From: Verrucomicrobiota bacterium
Lineage (GTDB): Bacteria; Verrucomicrobiota; Verrucomicrobiia; Opitutales; UBA953
NCBI GenBank assembly: GCA_039804485.1
Contig: JBDLWC010000037.1
Location: 1-38,877, forward strand
DNA: 38,877 bases
Reading direction: 5' to 3'
Below the pieces are notes generated by a model. That model saw nothing but the letters and a program-made list of their open reading frames with translations, was not told the origin of the DNA and did no database searches. Both the position numbers and the translations under genes were made by a program. Position 1 is the stretch's first letter; every line of letters starts with the position of its first letter. Positions 17,385-30,211 of this stretch are shown here, one piece after another.

Positions 17385-17400
17385 TGCTTAAAATTAAGCA
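17385..17400. promoter_or_regulatory. Perfect palindrome TGCTTAA-AA-TTAAGCA, a candidate operator or upstream activator site
   Basis: Read directly from the sequence. It lies in the AT-rich divergent region between the activator gene and the sanA-like gene, about 80-95 nt upstream of the TSS predicted for the sigma-54 site. Confidence 0.4.
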
Positions 17401-17443
17401 AATCAGCCTATCCGACCCGCTTGCCTTCGCTTTTCAGGGCTGA

Positions 17444-18091
17444 ATGCTTCCGGTCATGCACCGCTGGTTACTCCGAGTCTGTGGTCTCGCCCTGGCTCTG
17501 CTCGCCCTTTTTTTGGTCGGGTCGAATCTTTGGGTCTGGTCGGCCGGCTGGGGGCGTCTGGCCGCGAGCCCCGCGGACGTCCCGGCGGGTTCCGTCCTCG
17601 TCTTGCTGGGCACGGATGAGTTCGTCGGCGCCACCGGCGAGCCCAGCGGCACTTTCGCGCCGCGCATCGCCGCCGCGGCGACGCTCGCCCGTTCCGGCCG
17701 GATCAAGCTCGTCGTCTGTTCCGGCACTCCCGTCCATGCGCGCGTGATGGCCGAACGCCTCCGCGCCGCCGGGGTGACTTGTCCGCTGGTCGAAGATCCC
17801 TACGGCTTGAGGACCTTGGATTCCGTCGCGCGGGCGGCCGCCTGCTATCCGGGCGAGCACTTGGTCTTCGTCTCGCAAGGCTGGCACTGCGTGCGCGCTT
17901 TGTGGCTCGCCGACCGCGCCGGGCTCAGCGCCTCGGCCTATCCGGCGGCCTTCGGCGAAGGGTGGCGGCCTTGGATGGGCGCCTTGCGTGACACGCTCGC
18001 GAAGCCGAAGGCGTTGCTCGACCGTTATGTCCTGGGCGACCCCTTGAGCACGTCGGTGCCGGCGGGCGAGGGGAATCTCATCCACCGTTGA
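17444..18091 (+). CDS. SanA/YdcF (DUF218) family membrane-anchored protein
   Basis: It has an N-terminal TM helix (LLRVCGLALALLALFLVG). LVLLG...R..AA..L...G.....V.SG, TLDS and SQGWHCVRALWLA resemble the SanA vancomycin-exclusion protein family. Confidence 0.72.
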   Translation: MLPVMHRWLLRVCGLALALLALFLVGSNLWVWSAGWGRLAASPADVPAGSVLVLLGTDEFVGATGEPSGTFAPRIAAAATLARSGRIKLVVCSGTPVHARVMAERLRAAGVTCPLVEDPYGLRTLDSVARAAACYPGEHLVFVSQGWHCVRALWLADRAGLSASAYPAAFGEGWRPWMGALRDTLAKPKALLDRYVLGDPLSTSVPAGEGNLIHR

Positions 18092-19178
18092 GCCGGGCCC
18101 GCTCGTGGCGGCCGTCCGGGCGCCGCGACAGCACGCCGCGGATCTCCATCATGGTCAGGCTCACCGCCGCCTCCGCCGCAGAGCAGTCGGCCGCCGCGGC
18201 GAGCGTGTCCGCGTCGTGGGCGGTGCCGCCGGCGAAGTGCGGGAGCCAGCGCGCGAACTCCGGCGGGTCCGTCGCGAGCGCCAGCGCCGGGCCCTCCCGG
18301 CTTTCGCCGAGTTCGGTGAGGATCTCGTCGACCGACGTGACGAGCGTGGCGCCGTCGCGGATGAGCGCATGGCAGCCGCGGCTCGCCGGGCTGTCCGCCC
18401 GGCCCGGCACGGCGCAGAGGGTCTTGCCGAGGTCGCCCGCGAACCGCGCGGTGATCATGCTGCCGCCGTCGACGTCGGTCTCGATCACCACCATCACGCG
18501 CACCAGTCCCGCCACGAGGCGGTTGCGTTGCGGGAAAGTCTGGCGGTCGGCCGGCCGGCCCAGCGGGAATTCCGAAAGCACGCAGCCCTCGGCGACCATG
18601 CGGGCGCGCAGGCGCACGGCCTCCGGCGGGAAGGTCAGGTCGAGGCCGTGGCCGACCACGGCGGCGGTGCGGCCGTCGACGTCGAGGGCTCCTTCGTGCG
18701 CGGCGGTGTCGATGCCGCGCGCCAGCCCGCTGACGATCCACCAGCCTTGCCGGGCGAGGTCGCCCGCGAAGGAGCGCGCCAGCGCGGCGCCGTAGGGCGT
18801 GCAATGGCGCGAGCCGATCAGGCCGACGGCGCGGTCGCCGGGCAGCGCGGAGCCTTCCGCGTAAAGCACGAGCGGCGGATCCCAGAGCTTGTCGAGCGGA
18901 GCCGGCCAGGCGGGATCGGCGTCGCTCAGCAGGCGATACCCGCGATCGCGGACGCGGCCCATCTCCGCCGCCCAGTCGAACGCGCGCGCGGCGATCGCGT
19001 CCGCCACCGGCCGGCTGACTCCCGCGATCTTGGCGAGCTGGTCGGCCGGCGCGCCCAAGGCGACGGCGAGTTCCCCGCCGAAAGCCTCGCGCAGGCGACG
19101 GACGGTGACCGGTCCGACGCCTTTGAGTCCGTTGAGCAGGACGCGTTGCGCCAGCGGATCGGTGGGGATGGGATGCAT
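18078..19178 (-). CDS. dprA: DNA-processing protein DprA (Smf)
   Basis: Motifs are GSRHCTPYG, IVSGLARGIDTAAHEGAL, AVVGHGLD and PLGRPADRQTFPQRNRLVAGL. Confidence 0.88.
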   Translation of the reverse strand: MHPIPTDPLAQRVLLNGLKGVGPVTVRRLREAFGGELAVALGAPADQLAKIAGVSRPVADAIAARAFDWAAEMGRVRDRGYRLLSDADPAWPAPLDKLWDPPLVLYAEGSALPGDRAVGLIGSRHCTPYGAALARSFAGDLARQGWWIVSGLARGIDTAAHEGALDVDGRTAAVVGHGLDLTFPPEAVRLRARMVAEGCVLSEFPLGRPADRQTFPQRNRLVAGLVRVMVVIETDVDGGSMITARFAGDLGKTLCAVPGRADSPASRGCHALIRDGATLVTSVDEILTELGESREGPALALATDPPEFARWLPHFAGGTAHDADTLAAAADCSAAEAAVSLTMMEIRGVLSRRPDGRHERARLNGG

Positions 19179-19200
19179 CCCGCCAGCCAGCGGGCCGCTC

Positions 19201-20694
19201 TCAGTCGCGCAAGACCGGGGACAACCCAGCCAGCAGGTCGGTGGTTCTCACCGCTTCCTCCCCTTGGGATTCCCTCAGCCAATCGGCGGCCCGCGCGTGC
19301 CAGGTCGCGGCCAGGACGACGGCGTCGAAGGCCGTCAGCAGCAGTTCGCGCCGGCGCGCGAGCACCGAGGCCACGACGCCCGCGAGCAGGTCGCCCGAAC
19401 CGCCGCGCGCCAGCACGGGTCCGCCGAAGGGGATGTGCACGACGCGCGTGCCGTCGGTCACGCAGGTGAGCGCGCCCTTGAGCACGACGATGGAATGCGT
19501 CCGCTGGGCGTAGGCCCGGGCGGCGGAGACCGACGCGGGTCGGCCGCTGAGCCGGCGGAATTCTCCCGCGTGCGGCAGGAGCACGCGCGTCGCGGCGCCC
19601 CGGGCCGCCGTGACCACGCCCGGCCGGAGCGCATCGGCGTCGAGCACGAGGTCGATGCGGCATCGCGCGGCGAGCGCCGTGATGGACGGCGCCGCGCGTT
19701 CGCCCATGCCCGAACCGACGAGCAGGACATCGTGATCCGCCGCGAGCGCGCCGACATCTTTCAGATCCTTGGCCGCGAGCTTTCCGTTCGTCGTTTCCCG
19801 CCGGCCGCGCCACATCGCCTCGGGATAAGCCACCGCCGCTTTGGCGCGGACGGATTCGGGGAGGCAGGTCGTGACCAAGGCGGCGCCTGACCGCAGGGCC
19901 GCCGCGGTGTTCATGAGCACCGCCCCGGGCATGCGGTCCGAGCCGCCGACGATGAGGACGCGGCCTTGCTGGCGCTTGTCGCTGCCGGCCCGCCGCGGCC
20001 GGCGAAGCGGCGCGAGCGCGGCGGCCGTCACGCAGGCTTCTTCGGTCTCGCCCAGCGGCAGGCCGAGGTCGAAGACGCGGAGGCGTCCGACGAAGCGGGC
20101 GGCTTTCGGCGCGAGCAGCGGGCGTTTCAGGCAGCCCAGGGAAACCGTCAGGTCGGCGCGGAAGGCGGGCCCCGTCGCGTCGTCGCCGAGGCCGCTCGGC
20201 AGGTCGACCGCGACGCGCAGGCCCCGCAACGCGTCCGTGGCCCGCAGGAAAGAGCGCAGCTCAGGCGACAACGGCCCGCGAAAACCCTGGCCGAGGACGC
20301 CGTCGATGATCAGGCAGAATTCCTGCGCCGCGAGCCGAGGCAGGTCGGCCGCGCCGACGAGCCCGAGGCGCACGCCTTGCTTGCGGACGGCCCAGGCGCG
20401 CTGCGCCTGCGCGCGCGCGGGCCCCCCGTCGGCGAAGACGACGAGGATCTCGGCGCCCGGCCGGGCGCAACGCAGCGCCGCCAGGAAGGCGTCGGCGCCG
20501 TTGTTGCCTTTGCCAGCCAGGACGAGGATGCGCCGAGGGACGCGGCCGAGCAGCGCGCGCGCTTCGGCGGCGACGCCCTGCGCCGCGAGGTTCATCAGCT
20601 TCCATGAGAGCGCCGCGTCCCCGCCGAGGAAGGCCGCTTCCGCGGCGGCGGCTTCGGCGCAGGACAGGACCGGCAGTCGGGCGGAGACGCGCAT
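19201..20694 (-). CDS. nnr: Bifunctional NAD(P)H-hydrate repair enzyme (epimerase/dehydratase)
   Basis: The N-terminal YjeF_N part has AGKGNNGADAF. The C-terminal carbohydrate-kinase-like part has VLIVGGSDRMPGA and GGSGDLLAG. Confidence 0.87.
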   Translation of the reverse strand: MRVSARLPVLSCAEAAAAEAAFLGGDAALSWKLMNLAAQGVAAEARALLGRVPRRILVLAGKGNNGADAFLAALRCARPGAEILVVFADGGPARAQAQRAWAVRKQGVRLGLVGAADLPRLAAQEFCLIIDGVLGQGFRGPLSPELRSFLRATDALRGLRVAVDLPSGLGDDATGPAFRADLTVSLGCLKRPLLAPKAARFVGRLRVFDLGLPLGETEEACVTAAALAPLRRPRRAGSDKRQQGRVLIVGGSDRMPGAVLMNTAAALRSGAALVTTCLPESVRAKAAVAYPEAMWRGRRETTNGKLAAKDLKDVGALAADHDVLLVGSGMGERAAPSITALAARCRIDLVLDADALRPGVVTAARGAATRVLLPHAGEFRRLSGRPASVSAARAYAQRTHSIVVLKGALTCVTDGTRVVHIPFGGPVLARGGSGDLLAGVVASVLARRRELLLTAFDAVVLAATWHARAADWLRESQGEEAVRTTDLLAGLSPVLRD

Positions 20695-20697
20695 CGG

Positions 20698-21093
20698 TCA
20701 GCGGACGAGGACCGCGAAGGCCTGGGCCAGCGTGTCGGTGTGGGTGAGCGAAAGCAGCAGGCGGGTCGCGCCGCGGGCGGCGAGCAGCGCCCGCGCCTTC
20801 TCGTCCAGTTCGACGACGGGTTCTCCCTCGGGGCCGTTGAGCACGCCCACGCTCGTCAGCGAGAGTTCGGCGCCGAGGCCGGTCCCGAACGCCTTGCTGG
20901 CCGCTTCCTTGGCGGCGAAACGGGCGGCGAGCGAAGGGTAGGGGTCGGCCTTGGCGAGGCAGAGCCGTTGCTCGGCGGGCGTGAACACCTTGTCGAGGAA
21001 CGCGGCCCCGTGCTTCAGGTGGGCGGAACGGATCCGCCCGATCTCCGTCAGGTCGACGCCGACGCCGAGCACGTTGCCGCCTTCGAGCTTCAT
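20698..21093 (-). CDS. acpS: Holo-[acyl-carrier-protein] synthase
   Basis: The internal ATG gives 131 aa. Motifs are GVGVDLTEIGRI, FTPAEQ, ARFAAKEAASKA and SLTHTD. The start overlaps the pdxJ stop (ATGA). Confidence 0.88.
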   Translation of the reverse strand: MKLEGGNVLGVGVDLTEIGRIRSAHLKHGAAFLDKVFTPAEQRLCLAKADPYPSLAARFAAKEAASKAFGTGLGAELSLTSVGVLNGPEGEPVVELDEKARALLAARGATRLLLSLTHTDTLAQAFAVLVR

Positions 21094-21845
21094 GGCCGGC
21101 GGAGGTGGGCCTTCATCTCGGCGACCGCCCCGCGCATGCCGGTGAAGAGGGCGCGGGCCACGATGGAGTGGCCGATGTTCAGTTCGTGCAGGTGCGGCAG
21201 CGTGAGGATCGCCCGGATATTGTCGTAATTGATGCCATGGCCGGCGTTCACGGTCAGGCCCAGGCGGTGGGCCTGATCGCACGCCACGCGCAGGCGGGCG
21301 AGTTCGGCTTCGGCCGCGGGGGACTTCCAGGCGTTGGCGAAGGCGCCGGTGTGCAGTTCGATGACCGGCGCTCCGGCGGCGACCGCGGCTTCGATCTGCG
21401 GGGCGTCGGGTCCGATGAAGAGCGAGACCTCGATGCCGGCGGCTTTGAGCGCCTGCGTCGTCTCCTTCACGCGGTCGAACCGGCCGGCGACGTCCAGACC
21501 GCCTTCGGTCGTGACTTCTTCGCGGGATTCCGGGACCAGGCAGACGGCGGCGGGCCGGAGTTTCGTCGCGAAGGCGGTCATCGCGGGCGTGCAGGCCATC
21601 TCGAGGTTGAGGCGCACGCCGGGCAGGGCGGCGATCGCATGGACGTCCGCGTCCTGGATGTGCCGGCGGTCTTCGCGGAGGTGCAGGGTGATCCCGTCCG
21701 CCCCGCCGGCGAGGGCTTCGCGGGTGAAGGCCACGACGTCGGGTTCCGCGTGCGGCGACTGGTGCGCGCCGCGGTACCGGGCTTGGCGGACGGTCGCGGC
21801 GTGGTCGATGTTGACGCCGAGGAGGAGGGGGCGGGGGGTGGTCAT
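21090..21845 (-). CDS. pdxJ: Pyridoxine 5'-phosphate synthase
   Basis: Motifs are LLGVNIDHAATVRQAR, GITLHLREDRRHI, NLEMA, ELHTG and NAGHGINY. The start overlaps the upstream stop (ATGA). Confidence 0.92.
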   Translation of the reverse strand: MTTPRPLLLGVNIDHAATVRQARYRGAHQSPHAEPDVVAFTREALAGGADGITLHLREDRRHIQDADVHAIAALPGVRLNLEMACTPAMTAFATKLRPAAVCLVPESREEVTTEGGLDVAGRFDRVKETTQALKAAGIEVSLFIGPDAPQIEAAVAAGAPVIELHTGAFANAWKSPAAEAELARLRVACDQAHRLGLTVNAGHGINYDNIRAILTLPHLHELNIGHSIVARALFTGMRGAVAEMKAHLRRP

Positions 21846-24031
21846 TTCTTGGTCTTCTCGAGGATCTTCTGGATCTTCTCGGACTCGAGCCGCAGCCGGC
21901 GGGCGCGTTCGGGGTCGTTGCATTTGTCGAAGTACCCTTGGATAAGGTCAAGCAGTCCCGCCAAGGCCTTGAGCCGGAACAGGTCCGTGCCGGGCACGCC
22001 GCCGATTTTCCGGCGATAGACCCGCTCCACCTCGGAGAGGAAGGCCGCCTCCAGCTTGCCGTCGCCTTTGACCGCCTGGTAGTAGCCCTCGAGCAGCGCG
22101 CGGAACGTCGGGAGGTGGTCGGCGTTGTCTTCGAGCGCCCGGCGGTGGATATAAGCGAGCTTCTCGGCGTTCTTCACGCGCTCGGGCATCAGGACGGCGG
22201 CTTCGCGTTCCACGGCTTTCTGGATGAGGTCGTAGCGCGTGCGGTCGTATTCTCCGCGGCGTTTCTTCTCGGCCATGAGACGGTCATACGCCCGCTTGCA
22301 GCTGAGGAAGATCTCGTCCCGGGTCATCGTCGGATAGAGGTGCTTCGCCTCCATCTCGTCGGCCAGCTCGCGCAGGTCGGGCCAGTCGTCGAAGGCCCGC
22401 CGCATCTCGAGGACGAAGAGCTTCCATTCCTCCGTCTTCACTTTCGGGCCGAGGGCTTCCAGGCAGGCGGCGTAGGCGCGCCAGGCCTCGAGGCAGCGGT
22501 TGGCGGCGGCCACGGCGAGCCGCAGGCATTCGTGCTGGTCCTCCCGTTCGCCGCCGTCGCCGAAGATCTGGGCCGCGAGCTGGAGCCGCTGGGATTTCAC
22601 GAAGCGTTCGGTGCGCCGCTGCGCGTCGCCGAGGATCTGCACCTCGAATTCGCCGAGAGGGCGCCGCGTCTGCGGGTCGATCGTCCCGCCGCAGGCGTAG
22701 CCGTCGTTATACCGGCCCGTATCCATGTTCCATTGCTTGTCCTTGCGCTGGTAGGCGAACCAGGCGTGTCCGCCGCGGTTGCCGTCGCCGCCCACGACGG
22801 CGGCGGGCAGTCCGTAGGCGCGCGCGGTGTTGGCGGCGAAGTGGGCCTGGTGGACGCAGATGCCGCCGAGCTCGTAGATCTCCTTCAGCGTGCCTTCGGT
22901 CGGCTTGGGCAGCTTGGTCTTCTCGCCGGTCACGTAATCGATGCGGTAGCGGATCAGGCCGTAGCTCGGGGCCCACTCGGAGAGCGTGCGCAGCTTCGGA
23001 TGGGCCAGGGCCCAGGCCATCTCCTCCTCGGTCACCGTGGCGCCCACGACCCAGACCAGGTCGCCCGGCGGGGCCTTGCGGACGTCGCCCAGCAGCCGGC
23101 CCGCTTCCGCGTTGGTCTTGAAGTAGCGGTAACGCGTCAAGGGGTCCGCGACGCAGGTCGCGCCGCCGTCGAAGCGCGCCCAGGTCAGCGTGTGGTCGAA
23201 GACGAGCGCGCAGGCGATCTGCAGGTTTTCGTAGCGTCCGCGCTGGGCGGGGGTGTCGTCGGCGGCCAGCAGGGACCACACGCGGAGGGCTTTCGCGGCG
23301 TCGTCCTCGGGCTTGAGCGACCAGGCGAATTTCTCGAGCGCCTCGGCGCGGCCGAGGAGTTCCGTCAGGAGGGCGTGCAGCTTCTCGTCGCCGCGGGCGG
23401 CGGCGCGCAGCGTTTCGGGACCGACGCGACGGATGAACAGCGCCTGCGTCATGCCGAGGGCGAAGGCGGGGCTTTCCCAGAGCCGGTTATGCCGTTCGAC
23501 GCCATCGGTCGAAGGCGTGGCGGCGAGCGCCGGCATGAGCCCTTTCTGCAGCCGTTCCAGATGTTCCTCCCACTTGCCGTCCTTCAGGCGTTCCCGGGCG
23601 TCCGCGGCGAGCAGCGCGAGGAGCTTGGGGTCTTTCAGCTGGGGGCCGCCGAAGACGTAAGGCTTGGCTGCGACCACGACGACGGGCCGGACCTCGGGCT
23701 CCGCTTTCGGCGGCGGCTCCATCTTCGGGGGCGCGACCGGGACGACCGGTTTCGTTTCGACGACGATGACGGGCGGCTTTTCCGGCTCGGGGATTTTCGG
23801 AGCTTCGGGGGCCTTGGGGGTTTCTTGGACGACGGGTTGCGGGGCTGGCCGGCGGGTCTGCTGCCAGACGAACCATCCGCCCGCGGCGATGAGCGCGCCG
23901 CCGATGACCAAGGTCGGCCAGCTGCTCTGGCTGCGACGGCGGGCGAGGATGGGCGCGGGCTTTTTCGGCGTGGGAGTCGGGCTGGCCATCTGGGAGTCCT
24001 GCAGGATGCCTCGTCGGGCCGCCTTGGTCAA
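21842..24031 (-). CDS. Membrane-anchored transglutaminase-like (Cys-His-Asp core) protein with a Pro-rich stalk and a helical C-terminal region
   Basis: It has a TM helix (WPTLVIGGALIAAGGWFVW) and a Pro/Lys/Glu-rich linker. GGICVHQAHFAANTARAYGLPAAVVGG...GHAWFAY...W.MD fits the transglutaminase-like core pattern. An ATG at 23989 is an alternative start. Confidence 0.6.
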   Translation of the reverse strand: MTKAARRGILQDSQMASPTPTPKKPAPILARRRSQSSWPTLVIGGALIAAGGWFVWQQTRRPAPQPVVQETPKAPEAPKIPEPEKPPVIVVETKPVVPVAPPKMEPPPKAEPEVRPVVVVAAKPYVFGGPQLKDPKLLALLAADARERLKDGKWEEHLERLQKGLMPALAATPSTDGVERHNRLWESPAFALGMTQALFIRRVGPETLRAAARGDEKLHALLTELLGRAEALEKFAWSLKPEDDAAKALRVWSLLAADDTPAQRGRYENLQIACALVFDHTLTWARFDGGATCVADPLTRYRYFKTNAEAGRLLGDVRKAPPGDLVWVVGATVTEEEMAWALAHPKLRTLSEWAPSYGLIRYRIDYVTGEKTKLPKPTEGTLKEIYELGGICVHQAHFAANTARAYGLPAAVVGGDGNRGGHAWFAYQRKDKQWNMDTGRYNDGYACGGTIDPQTRRPLGEFEVQILGDAQRRTERFVKSQRLQLAAQIFGDGGEREDQHECLRLAVAAANRCLEAWRAYAACLEALGPKVKTEEWKLFVLEMRRAFDDWPDLRELADEMEAKHLYPTMTRDEIFLSCKRAYDRLMAEKKRRGEYDRTRYDLIQKAVEREAAVLMPERVKNAEKLAYIHRRALEDNADHLPTFRALLEGYYQAVKGDGKLEAAFLSEVERVYRRKIGGVPGTDLFRLKALAGLLDLIQGYFDKCNDPERARRLRLESEKIQKILEKTKK

Positions 24032-24066
24032 AAGAACATCGAAGCCGGCGGCGGATTAAATCCGGC

Positions 24067-26372
24067 TCAACGCTTCCCGGCGGCCTTGCCGCGCTCGAGC
24101 GTGAGGCGGAGGGAGGGCGCGGTGGGCGACTTCTTCGACTTCGCGAGCGACTCGGGGTCGCCGGCATGGACGAGCTCCCCGCCGGCGTTGCCGCCTTCGG
24201 GTCCGATCTCGAGCACCCAGTCCGCCTCGGCGATGACGTCGGGGTGGTGCTCGATGACGACCACGGTGTGGCCTTGGTCGACGAGCGCGTGCAGGAGCTC
24301 GATGAGGCGACGGCAATCGGCCTGGTGCAATCCGATGGTCGGTTCTTCCAGGACGTAGAGGTTGGGCCGGATCTCGCCGCGCGAACGTTCGCGGAAGGTG
24401 GGGAGGCCTTGGGCGAGTTCGCTGACGAGCTTCAGGCGCTGGGCTTCGCCGCCGGAAAGGGTCGGGCTGCTCTGCCCGAGGGTGAGGTAGCCGAGGCCGG
24501 TCTTGACCATCAGCCCGCAGAGGTCGCCGAGCTTGGCGTCGAACGAAAGGAACGCGGCCGCTTCCTCGAAGGTCATGGCGAGGAGGTCGGCGGCGGATCT
24601 GCCGTTCCAGCGGATCGCCTTGGCGGCGGCGCCGTAGCGCGTGCCCGCGCATTCTTCGCACGGCACGTAGGTGTCGGGCAGGAAGCTCATCTCGAGCCTG
24701 ATCCGTCCGGCGCCCGAACACGCTTCGCAGCGTCCGCCCGAAGTGTTGAAGGAGAAGAAGCCGGCGGCATGCCCGCGGATGGCGGCTTCCGGCAGCGAAG
24801 CCAGACGTTCGCGGATGAGGTCCCAGGCGCCGATATAAGTCGCCGGCGTCGAGCGCGGCGTCTTGCCGATGGGCTCCTGGTCGACCACCACCAGCTGGCG
24901 GAAGCCCTTCAGCCCGGTCAGCGAGCCGAAAGCCGGCTGGCCGGCGTTCGAGACCACGCTGAGCGCTTCCTTCCCCGTGACGCCGTCCTTCTTCTTGGCG
25001 ATCGCCGCGCGCGCGGCGGGAGCGAAGAGGTCCGTCACGAAGGTCGACTTGCCCGCGCCCGAGACCCCGCAGACGACGGTCAGGCGACCCGCGGGGACGC
25101 GCGCGTCGAAGCCCTTGAGGTTGCGCAGGTTCGCGTCCTTGAGGCGGATCCACTCCGCCGGCGCGCCTTTGCCTTCGACCGGCCGGCGGGCGCCGCGGAG
25201 CGGGTGCGGGATGGCCTCCTTGAGGAAGCGTCCCGTCACGGAGTCCGGCTGCTTTTCCAGCGCGGCCGCGGTGCCTTGGGCGACGATGCGTCCTCCGTGC
25301 ACGCCCGCGCCGGGCCCCATGTCCACCACCAGGTCGGCGGCTCGCATGGTGTCCTCGTCGTGTTCCACGACCAGGACGGTGTTGCCGCGGTCACGCAGGC
25401 CTTTGAGCGATTCGATCAGCCGGTCGTTGTCCCGCGGATGCAGGCCGATGCTGGGTTCGTCCAGGACGTACAGCGCCCCGGAGAGCGTCGAGCCCAGTTG
25501 CGCCGCCAGGCGGATGCGCTGGGCTTCCCCGCCCGAGAGCGTGTCGGCTCCGCGGTCGAGCGCGAGGTAGCCCAGCCCCACCGAGTCGAGGAAGCGGAGG
25601 CGCGCGGCGATTTCGGGCAGGAGCGCTCCGACGATGGCTTTCTCGCGGTCGGCGAGCTTCAGTCCGGACAGGAAGGCCAGGGCTTCGTCGGGTTGCAGGC
25701 GAAGCAGTCCGGGCAGCGAGAGCGAGCGCCCCTTCGGGCCCGCGAGCCTGACCGATCGGCCGATCGGGCCGAGGCGCTGCCCCTGGCAGGTCGGGCAGAC
25801 GGCTTCGCCCACGCGGTCGGCGATGGCGTTCTCGTTGATGGACTCCTCTTCGTCGGAGGAGAACGTCGTCACCTCCAGGCCGTGGCCGCGGCAATCCGGA
25901 CACCAGCCGCGCGGCGAGTTCCAGGACAGGTGCTTCGGGTCGACCTCGGGGAACGATTCGCCGGTCGCAGGGTCGCTGCGCGCGGTCGAGAGATAGGCGA
26001 CCTGCCGCCCCTGCGGGTCGAGGAGCACGCAGGCCTGCTTGCCCGCGAGGAGGGTCTGACGCACGAGCGCGCGCAACGCCTTCTCGCCGGATTCCTCGGT
26101 CTCGTCGGGCAGCTCGATGAGGCCGTCGGCGCGCAGCTGGCCGAAGACCGCGTCGACATCGTGCTCCGAATAACGGTCCAGCCCGGCGAAGCCGTCGACC
26201 GGAAGGAGCTTCCCGTCGCAACGCAGGGTCCGCAGGCCCTTCGTCTCCGCCCATTCGGCGAGGGGACGGTGGTGGCCTTTGCGGGCGCGCACCAGGGGAG
26301 CGGCGAGGAGCAGGGCGCCTTTCTTCAGCGCCTTCACCTTCCGCGCCACGAGGCGGACCACGGCGTCCTCGG

Positions 26373-26376
<4 letters not shown>
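24067..26376 (-). CDS. UvrA-like ABC ATPase, distal part of unit 2 of a fused double-UvrA gene
   Basis: In order it has APLVRARKGHH, CPDCRGHG/CPTCQGQRL, LSGGEAQRIRL, YVLDEPSIGLH, VVEHDEDTM, GVSGAGKST, CEACSGAG/CEECAGTRY, LSGGEAQRLKL and VIEHHPDV. The ATG at 26376 overlaps the stop of the upstream frame, and UvrA-like homology in this frame begins a few codons before that ATG. Confidence 0.8.
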
Positions 26377-29594
<3,218 letters not shown>

Positions 29595-29625
29595 CGGACA
29601 CGAAACCCGCGGGATGGCAAACCGG

Positions 29626-30207
29626 CTAGCGAACTCGGCATCGTCGCCAGCCTTGCGGCGTCACCACCGCCTGCACGCGCACGTCATGGGGCTCGTCGGG
29701 CAGGCTCGAGACCAGCTGGAAGGCGTGGGCATGCCCGAGCCGGAACGTCTTCCGGGGGGGCTTCGCCAAGAGTCGGTCGTAGTAGCCGCCGCCGAAGCCG
29801 AGACGACGCCCGGCGCCGTCGAAGGCCAGCCCTGGGACGAGGATCAGGCCGGCCTCGGTCAGGGGGACGACGGGCGCGTCCTTCTTCGGCTGGCGGATGC
29901 CCAGCCGGGAGGTCTCCAATGTCGTCAGGTCGGCGACCTCATGGAGGACCAGCCGCGTGCGTTCGGTCACGCGGGGGAGCAGGAGGCGTTTGCCTTCGAG
30001 CAGGGCGAGCATCAGCAGGCCGTCGGTCGGCAGCTCACCTCCGAAAGACGCGTAAAGACAGACCGTCTTCGATTGCTTCCATTCGGGCGATTGGCTCACC
30101 AGGCGGGCCGCGGCGTCGCCCGCGACCTGGAGTTCGCGCGGGGTGAGCGAGTTCCGACGGGCTTTGAAGCCGACGCGCAGGCTTTCCTTGGCGTCGCGGG
30201 CTTCCAT
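29626..30207 (-). CDS. 5-formyltetrahydrofolate cyclo-ligase
   Basis: VPGLAFDGAGRRLGFGGGYYDRLL and the overall 193-aa layout match the MTHFS/YgfA family. Confidence 0.85.
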   Translation of the reverse strand: MEARDAKESLRVGFKARRNSLTPRELQVAGDAAARLVSQSPEWKQSKTVCLYASFGGELPTDGLLMLALLEGKRLLLPRVTERTRLVLHEVADLTTLETSRLGIRQPKKDAPVVPLTEAGLILVPGLAFDGAGRRLGFGGGYYDRLLAKPPRKTFRLGHAHAFQLVSSLPDEPHDVRVQAVVTPQGWRRCRVR

Positions 30208-30211
30208 GCGG

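Noticed and set aside
17892-17906. A second TGGCAC-N5-GCGC sigma-54-like match on the plus strand.
   Set aside because: It lies inside the sanA-like coding region with no gene start downstream, and its -12 element is poor. It is probably a chance occurrence.
18078-18091. A 14-nt overlap of the convergent sanA-like and dprA 3' ends.
   Set aside because: Short convergent overlaps are common in compact GC-rich genomes, and I saw no additional structure or motif.
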